A stretch of DNA of 64,000 nucleotides from Clostridia bacterium (lineage in GTDB: Bacteria; Bacillota; Clostridia; Oscillospirales; CAG-382), in NCBI GenBank assembly GCA_017560085.1, contig JAFYPA010000025.1, positions 1,619 to 65,618 on the forward strand. The letters run 5' to 3'. Below are positions 57,747 to 64,000 of the stretch, piece after piece (the first letter of the stretch is position 1; the number at the start of each line of letters is the position of its first letter). The notes below the pieces were generated by a model. It saw only the letters and a list, made by a program, of their open reading frames with translations. It had not been told where the DNA came from and did not search any database. The position numbers were made by a program, and so were the translations under genes.

Positions 57747-58508
57747 TTAATGTCTCGTCTTCGTATCCCGAAGAATAAACTCCGCAATAATATTCGCCAT
57801 AGGGCTTGAGCCGTCCTCGTAAAGCTCCTTTACGTATGCACAGTGATTGCCGTGCATAATTCTCATATCAACCTTGCTCATATCGTATCTGAAATGGCGA
57901 AGGGTGGAGATAACGAGATTCGTCTGCTCCAGTCTGTTTTCCATATCGTTATCCGAAACTATGAACATCATTCTGGGATATTCCTTTTCAACGCCTATGT
58001 GGTAAAGAGGTGCCGCCTCGTCGATAATTACTCTGTTGCGGTTGATTCCTCTTTCCTTTTCAAGGATATTGAAGTGAGTTGTAGGCTGACCCGCATCGTG
58101 GAGATAGCCCGCAACGTCCATAGGGTCAACGCCCGCATCACGCAGGAAGTGGGTATCAAAGCAAAGCATCATGGAGAGGTAACCGCCCGCAGAGCTTCCG
58201 CCTACGAAAACGCCCTTGCATTTGCCGTAATTACCTATATTCTTCATAGTCCACGCAACAGCATTTGCGCTGTCAACGACAAAGTCCGGGAATTTCGCAT
58301 CGGGGTACATTCTGTACTGAGTGCTTGCAACGGCAAAGCCCATTTCCATAAGCTTGTCGTGGAAGGGCTCCCAGCTTCCGCCCGCAACCATTCCGCCGCC
58401 GTGGAAATAAACGAAGCAATAAAATTCGTCCTTGCCCTCCGGAATACGAAGGTCAAGATAGCACTCCTCGGAAGCGTCGCTGTACATTATATGCTTATAA
58501 ATAGCCAT
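57747..58508 (-). CDS. Alpha/beta hydrolase (HSL-type esterase)
   Basis: FHGGG, GSSAGG. Confidence 0.88.
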   Translation of the reverse strand: MAIYKHIMYSDASEECYLDLRIPEGKDEFYCFVYFHGGGMVAGGSWEPFHDKLMEMGFAVASTQYRMYPDAKFPDFVVDSANAVAWTMKNIGNYGKCKGVFVGGSSAGGYLSMMLCFDTHFLRDAGVDPMDVAGYLHDAGQPTTHFNILEKERGINRNRVIIDEAAPLYHIGVEKEYPRMMFIVSDNDMENRLEQTNLVISTLRHFRYDMSKVDMRIMHGNHCAYVKELYEDGSSPMANIIAEFILRDTKTRH

Positions 58509-58524
58509 ACCGTCACCCTCTTAA

Positions 58525-58833
58525 TCACTTATTTTCCGCATTCTTCGCATCAAGAGCTCTGTTGCGGAAGTAAATACCGAGATTTACGCTTACAACAACA
58601 AGATTGAGTATGTAGAAGAACACAACGTACCACTTTGTGCTTCCGATATTGAATCCGATATTGATAAACTTGGAAGCGATACCGCAAACGTAGCCGAAGA
58701 GAATAAGGCTGAGGAAGAGCGGGCTTGTGCCCTTTGCAGTACGAGCCTTAAAAGCCTTTCTCGCATTGATAGGCCAGGAAGCACCGAAGCTTACCACCAT
58801 AAGTATTTCCAAAATTTCCGCCAAAAATTCCAT
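58525..58833 (-). CDS. PQ-loop/SemiSWEET-like small membrane protein
   Basis: Three TM helices, FGASWP..RTAKG.S..F. Confidence 0.65.
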   Translation of the reverse strand: MEFLAEILEILMVVSFGASWPINARKAFKARTAKGTSPLFLSLILFGYVCGIASKFINIGFNIGSTKWYVVFFYILNLVVVSVNLGIYFRNRALDAKNAENK

Positions 58834-58929
58834 AGTAAAAATTCCTTTCTTGTTCCCACATTACGGGAGGATTTTGTTGTTGCTTTTATTATACAACAGA
58901 ATTTTGGTTTTGTAAAGAGGAATTTTGAA

Positions 58930-59389
58930 AAATGCAAAATGGTAAATTGGAATTTGTCGAGGAATTTGCATCGTGTAGGGAACGACCTATGTGTCGTTCC
59001 GCTTGTTCCAATTTTGAATCTGTTGTGGCGATGCACCACACATATTCTGTAGGGGCGGGGTTCTACTCCGCCCGTTCCCCGGACATCGCACAAAGCATAA
59101 ACAAAAAACATAAACATAAAATCGACAAAAGCATCGAAAATTAATATATTTCTGCATTAGCGCCCCTCCTGCAAATGATGTTATTCCAGCATCGGCATTC
59201 CTGCGAAACGGGAGGAGCAGAGCCCCTCCCCTACAATGGCAATTGTACATCGCCACATCAGATGCGAAAATGGCAGGCACGGAACGACACGCAGGTCGTT
59301 CCCTACAATCCGCACCGCAACATCCCCACAACCCCCTAATTTTGCATTTTGCCCTTTGCATTTTGCATTTCGGTGCACCGCACCGACAA
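58930..59389. repeat. Nested palindromic element with two pairs of GTAG REP-like sequences (BIME/REPIN-like)
   Basis: ~100-bp inverted arms 58974-59076 / 59207-59307; right end 59364-59389 identical to 49586-49611. Confidence 0.85.
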
Positions 59390-59575
59390 CCCCCCATTTG
59401 AAGGACATAATTCACCTTACACCGCAGCCACCCTTCGCACAGCAATAATCATGCGAGTCTGAAATGTTTTCAAAATAGAAACAGAAAATGGAATAATGGG
59501 GAGTATAATAGGAATGCAAAATGTAAAATGCAAAATGAAAAATTATAACCTTAATATAGAGAAAGGTCTTTTACT

Positions 59576-60352
59576 ATGAATGTTCTTAAACAAAAAATAC
59601 TCGAGGGCAAAAAGCTCTGCGGTACTCTCGTCAGCCTTACCGACCCCGCCCTGTCCGAAATTCTTGCAAATGCAGGCTATGACTATATCTGGATTGATAT
59701 GGAGCATACCGCCATCTCCTTCAAGGATGCTCTTTGCCATATGAACGCCGCAAGAGCATACGGCGTTCCGTCAATCGTCCGTGTTCCGCAGGATGACCTT
59801 ACCTTTACCAAGAAGGTCGTTGATATGGGTCCCGAGGGAATTATTTTCCCTATGCTCCGCACGGCAGAGCAGGCTAAAAGGCTTATCGATATGACTCTCT
59901 TCCCCCCGCTCGGAACAAGAGGCTTCGGTCCGCTTCGTGCTATCCGTTACGGTGCGGATGACTCAAAGAAATTCACCGCAGAGGGCAGTCTTGATATGTG
60001 CCGCTTTATGCAGATTGAGCATATCGACTGCGTGGAAAATCTCCGCGAAATCGTGAAGATTCCCTACATAGACGGCTTTATCTTCGGACCTAACGACCTC
60101 TCGGGCTCTATAGGTGAAATCGGCAGAGTGTTTGATAAGAACACTATGGACTTACTGAGAAAATCCATCGAAATCCTTCGTGAAAACGGAAAGTATATCG
60201 GTCTTGCGGGCGGATTTACCGCAGATACCTTAAAGCGCTGGAGCGAGCTTGACCTTGATATGATTACGCTCGGCTCGGACTGGACATTCCTTTATGACCG
60301 TGCGGTGTCCGCCATGAAGGACGCACGCGAGATATTCCTCAATAAAAAATAA
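59576..60352 (+). CDS. HpcH/HpaI aldolase family protein
   Basis: WIDMEH, IVRVP, FPPLGTRGFG, QIE, GPNDLS. Confidence 0.92.
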   Translation: MNVLKQKILEGKKLCGTLVSLTDPALSEILANAGYDYIWIDMEHTAISFKDALCHMNAARAYGVPSIVRVPQDDLTFTKKVVDMGPEGIIFPMLRTAEQAKRLIDMTLFPPLGTRGFGPLRAIRYGADDSKKFTAEGSLDMCRFMQIEHIDCVENLREIVKIPYIDGFIFGPNDLSGSIGEIGRVFDKNTMDLLRKSIEILRENGKYIGLAGGFTADTLKRWSELDLDMITLGSDWTFLYDRAVSAMKDAREIFLNKK

Positions 60353-60398
60353 TCGCACGGGGGAATTCCCCGATAAAATTCATCCGAAAGGAAAAAAT

Positions 60399-62576
60399 AT
60401 GCGACTTAAAACAAGAAATATGACCTCCGTGAAGCCTCCGAAAACAAGACTTGCCTTGCTTGTCATTGTTCTTGCGGCGGCGTGCGTTGTGTTTATAGGA
60501 CGGCTTGTAAATCTTCAGTTCGCCAAGGACGAGCTTTACGATACGGGCATCTCCTCCGTCAACACCGTGATTACGGAAATTCCCACGGTGCGAGGAGAAA
60601 TCACGGACGTAAACGGCGTGGTGCTTGCTTCAAACACCTACTACAGCAACATCGCCCTTGACAAAAAGAAGCTCCCCGCAGGCGAGGAAAACAGAGTGGT
60701 GCTCGAGCTGTGCGAGTTTTTCGACAAGCACGGAGTCGTGCCGAAGGACATTCTTCCCGTCTCGAAAAACGCCCCCTACAGACTTGACAGCGACTATGAG
60801 GACAACACGGACAAGCAGAGATACGTAAAGAACTACGCAAAATACATGGGCTACGAGCGGGAAAAGCTGATTGCAACGCCAACCGCCCTTTACGATACTC
60901 TTCTTTCAAGATACGGTCTTAAAAGAAGCACCGAATACACAGACGAGCAGAAGCGAAGAATAATCGGCATCCGCTTCACACTCGATGTGAACGCATACTC
61001 CTCGAATCTCCCCTGTGTGCTTGTGGAAAATGCGGATACCGCCACCGTCGGACTTATTTCCGACTCCTTCTACACATTCCCCGGGGTGGAAATCCTCAAG
61101 AGCTCAAAGCGTGTTTATAACATAGACAGACTTGCCTCACACCTTCTCGGAAAAACGGGCCCCATTTATGCGGAGGACGCCGAATACTATTCGGGTCTCG
61201 GCTACAGCCTTAACGAAATCGTCGGCAAGGAGGGCGCAGAGGCTGCATTCGAGCAGTATCTGCGAGGCATAAACGGCAAGCGAGAAACCGTCACGACTCT
61301 TGACGGCGAAACAGTTCTTTCCGTCCGTGATTCGGTGGAGGCAAAGCCCGGATATTCGGTAAGCCTTACCATTGATGCGGAAATGCAGGCAACGGCGGAA
61401 GAGGCTCTCGAGCGTGTCATAAAGGCTCAGGCGTACAGCGGTGCGCTCAATCCCAAAAAGTACGACGGCGAGGATGCAAACGCAGGTGCGGTTGTTGTTA
61501 TGGACCCGAGAAACGGAGCGGTAAGAGTTCTTGCCTCCTACCCCACCTACAGCCTTAACACTTATTCGGAGGATATAAAGACCTTAAGTGAGGACACAAA
61601 GAACACACCTCTTGTAAACAGAGCGACGGGCGGTATTTACGAGCCCGGCTCCACCTTCAAGATTGCCACGGCGGCGGCAGCGCTCCACTACGGAGTCACC
61701 ACCTACGACGAGCTTATTTACGACAAGGGCGAGTATTTCTTCCACGAAACCTACAAGCCTCACTGCTGGATTTACGACTCCAAGGGTGTCACCCACGGAT
61801 ATCAGAATGTAACGCAGGCAATTCAGAATTCCTGCAACTATTTCTTCTTTGAAATGGGCAAGCGTCTGGGCATCGAAAAGATGAACAACTACGCAAGAGG
61901 TCTCGGTCTCGGCGTAAAGACGGGAATCGAGACGGGCGAATCCTCGGGTATTCTTGTCGGCCCCGAATATATGCAGGCAAACGGACTTGTATGGAATCCG
62001 GGCTATGTTCTTCAGGCGGCAATCGGACAGCAGCACCTTTTCACACCGCTTCAGATTACATCCTATATTTCAACCTTCCTCAACGGCGGTAAGCGATACA
62101 AGGCTCACCTTTTCGACAGAGCCTTCGACTTTGCCACGGGAGAGACGGTTGAGTCCTACAACACCGAGCTTCTTTCGGATGCGAATATCCCCACGGAAAC
62201 GGTAAACATACTCAAGGAGGCGATGCGCCGAGTTGTTGACGACGGTACGGCATCCTCCACCTTTATCGGATACAAGTACCCCGTAGGCGGTAAGACAGGT
62301 ACGGCTCAGGTCGCACACGGCTCGGACAATGTTGTGTTCGTAGGGTTTGCTCCTTATGAAAATCCCGAAATCGTAATTACGGTTATTCTCGAGCACGGCT
62401 ATGCGTCGAGAAATGCGGCACAGGTCGCAAAGGAAATCTTCGACTGCTACTTCAGAAAGCTCTACCCCGACGACTTCGGCGTAGCACAGATAAGCCCCGA
62501 CACCGAGGCGGATTCCGAGGAAACAACAAAACCGGAAAATGACGGAAGCATCATTATGGGTGACTCCGCAGAATAA
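60399..62576 (+). CDS. Class B penicillin-binding protein (PBP2/MrdA-like transpeptidase)
   Basis: RGEITDVNG, GKEGAE, PGSTFK, SCN, GKTGTAQ. Confidence 0.92.
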   Translation: MRLKTRNMTSVKPPKTRLALLVIVLAAACVVFIGRLVNLQFAKDELYDTGISSVNTVITEIPTVRGEITDVNGVVLASNTYYSNIALDKKKLPAGEENRVVLELCEFFDKHGVVPKDILPVSKNAPYRLDSDYEDNTDKQRYVKNYAKYMGYEREKLIATPTALYDTLLSRYGLKRSTEYTDEQKRRIIGIRFTLDVNAYSSNLPCVLVENADTATVGLISDSFYTFPGVEILKSSKRVYNIDRLASHLLGKTGPIYAEDAEYYSGLGYSLNEIVGKEGAEAAFEQYLRGINGKRETVTTLDGETVLSVRDSVEAKPGYSVSLTIDAEMQATAEEALERVIKAQAYSGALNPKKYDGEDANAGAVVVMDPRNGAVRVLASYPTYSLNTYSEDIKTLSEDTKNTPLVNRATGGIYEPGSTFKIATAAAALHYGVTTYDELIYDKGEYFFHETYKPHCWIYDSKGVTHGYQNVTQAIQNSCNYFFFEMGKRLGIEKMNNYARGLGLGVKTGIETGESSGILVGPEYMQANGLVWNPGYVLQAAIGQQHLFTPLQITSYISTFLNGGKRYKAHLFDRAFDFATGETVESYNTELLSDANIPTETVNILKEAMRRVVDDGTASSTFIGYKYPVGGKTGTAQVAHGSDNVVFVGFAPYENPEIVITVILEHGYASRNAAQVAKEIFDCYFRKLYPDDFGVAQISPDTEADSEETTKPENDGSIIMGDSAE

Positions 62577-62672
62577 GTCATAAGAAACAAAAGCTGCCGA
62601 AGCAAAGCCTCGGCAGTAAAATCCAATATTGAATTTTAAGCGGTCGCACGGATTTTTCTGTGCGGTCGTTTT

Positions 62673-62996
62673 TTATTCCTCTGTTTCAACCGTGGGGAAT
62701 GATTCTCTGTCGATTTCAACGGAGGGCTCACGGCACTCGGGGTATTCGAAGGTGTGGAACCAGTGATCCTTTTCGGCAATAGCCTTTCTTAAATCCTTCA
62801 GGCGGAAGTCCTCCTCGGAGGAGTACAGTGCGATAAGGGACGCCCCGATTGCTCCGAAGGAAAGTGCAAGTGCGTAAAACGCCGATGCCATACTCTTCTT
62901 TTCACCGTAGGTTGCGAAAAACGCCGTAAGGCAGATAACCGCATTCACAAGAAGAATAACACCTGCTGCAACATAAAGCTTTGTCTTTTTAATCAT
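62673..62996 (-). CDS. Hypothetical membrane protein (2 TM)
   Basis: SD AGGAAGGA; directly downstream of prfB. Confidence 0.65.
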   Translation of the reverse strand: MIKKTKLYVAAGVILLVNAVICLTAFFATYGEKKSMASAFYALALSFGAIGASLIALYSSEEDFRLKDLRKAIAEKDHWFHTFEYPECREPSVEIDRESFPTVETEE

Positions 62997-63038
62997 ACTT
63001 ATATCCTTCCTTTCGTAAGCCTTGAAATTCGGTAAGGG

Positions 63039-64000
63039 TTATCTTAAGAATTCGCCCTTAGCCTTGAGGTATGCGTTCATAAAGCCGTCGATTTCACCGT
63101 CCATAACCGCAGTGATGTTGGTTTCCTCGTAGCCTGTTCTTGTGTCCTTTGCGAGTGTATAGGGCATAAACACGTAGGAACGAATCTGTGAGCCCCATTC
63201 GATGTTGAGCTTGTCTCCGCGGATGTCCTCAATCTTGTCAAGCTTTTCTCTCGCCTTGATTTCCGCAAGCTTTGAGCGGAGCATCTTAAGACAGGTTTCT
63301 CTGTTCTGAAGCTGGCTTCTTTCCGTCTGACAGCCTACAACGATACCTGTGGGCTTATGCTTGATTCGAACAGCGGAGTCGGTCTTGTTAACGTGCTGAC
63401 CGCCCGCACCGCTGGAACGGTGTGTTTCCATTTCGAGATCCTCTTCACGAAGCTCGATTGTGCCGTCGTCCTCGAATTCGGGTGTGATTTCAACGGAAGC
63501 AAAGGAGGTCTGACGTCTGCCCGATGCATCAAAGGGAGAAACTCTTACGAGTCTGTGTACGCCGCCCTCACTCTTGAGGTAACCGTAAGCGAATTCGCCC
63601 GTTACCGTGAAGGTTGCGCTCTTGATGCCTGCGCCGTCGCCCTCGAGGTAGTCGATGAGCTTAACCTTGAAGCCGCTCTTTTCTGCCCATCTGTTGTACA
63701 TTCTGTAGAGCATTTCAGCCCAGTCCTGAGCCTCTGTACCGCCCGCACCGGGGTGGATGGAGACAATGGCATTGAGCTTATCGAATTCTCCGGAGAGAAG
63801 TGCTCTTATATTCTGCTGGTCATATTCCTTTTCAACTGCAGCGAGCTCGGAGAGAATTTCCTCGGTAAAGCTTTCGTCGTCCTCCTCAAGAGCCATTTCG
63901 ATAAGCTGCTCAAGAGCCTCTGCATCCTCGCAGAGCTTATCATAGCTGTCTGCAATCTGCTTTGCGGTATTGAGCTCGGACATAACGCTCTGAGCGTCGT
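63039..64000 (-). CDS. prfB: Peptide chain release factor 2 (5' end outside the window)
   Basis: SPF motif (VRVSPFD), GGQ, IEWGSQIRSY; frame open to the window edge. Confidence 0.96.
   Translation of the reverse strand, partial: DAQSVMSELNTAKQIADSYDKLCEDAEALEQLIEMALEEDDESFTEEILSELAAVEKEYDQQNIRALLSGEFDKLNAIVSIHPGAGGTEAQDWAEMLYRMYNRWAEKSGFKVKLIDYLEGDGAGIKSATFTVTGEFAYGYLKSEGGVHRLVRVSPFDASGRRQTSFASVEITPEFEDDGTIELREEDLEMETHRSSGAGGQHVNKTDSAVRIKHKPTGIVVGCQTERSQLQNRETCLKMLRSKLAEIKAREKLDKIEDIRGDKLNIEWGSQIRSYVFMPYTLAKDTRTGYEETNITAVMDGEIDGFMNAYLKAKGEFLR

Noticed and set aside
63960-64000. prfB programmed +1 frameshift site
   Set aside because: It would lie near the gene's 5' end, outside this window, so it cannot be assessed.

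Overview
A 64-kb window from a Firmicutes/Clostridia-type chromosome (SLH surface proteins, sigmaA-type promoters, gyrA, murI, trmB, prfB). Housekeeping genes are interleaved with many large secreted proteins: five paralogous 1100-1400 aa SLH-anchored right-handed beta-helix proteins, a cohesin+dockerin protein next to a cohesin/B-repeat protein, a BspA-type LRR protein and a PepSY protein. No rRNA, tRNA, CRISPR array, transposase or integrase was seen. The most striking unexplained structure is a family of modular, often nested-palindromic intergenic elements at about 7 loci (6.3, 15.4, 37.5, 40.9, 45.3, 49.1 and 58.9 kb). They are built from shared parts: outer 7-bp tandem repeats, small hairpins with covarying stems, an AAATT-N4-TTTRTCG motif and REP-like doublets. 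One copy encloses an AT-rich DUF5071-like gene between 59-bp inverted repeats. Other signals: a Crp/Fnr gene whose only plausible start is ACG, mirrored candidate Crp/Fnr sites at a divergent promoter pair, a 3-codon leader ORF, a ~95%-identical SLH module shared by two otherwise divergent paralogs, and an internal SD+ATG for the C-terminal metal-binding domain of CopA. Family assignments come from motif recognition, not database searches, and coordinates were counted by hand.
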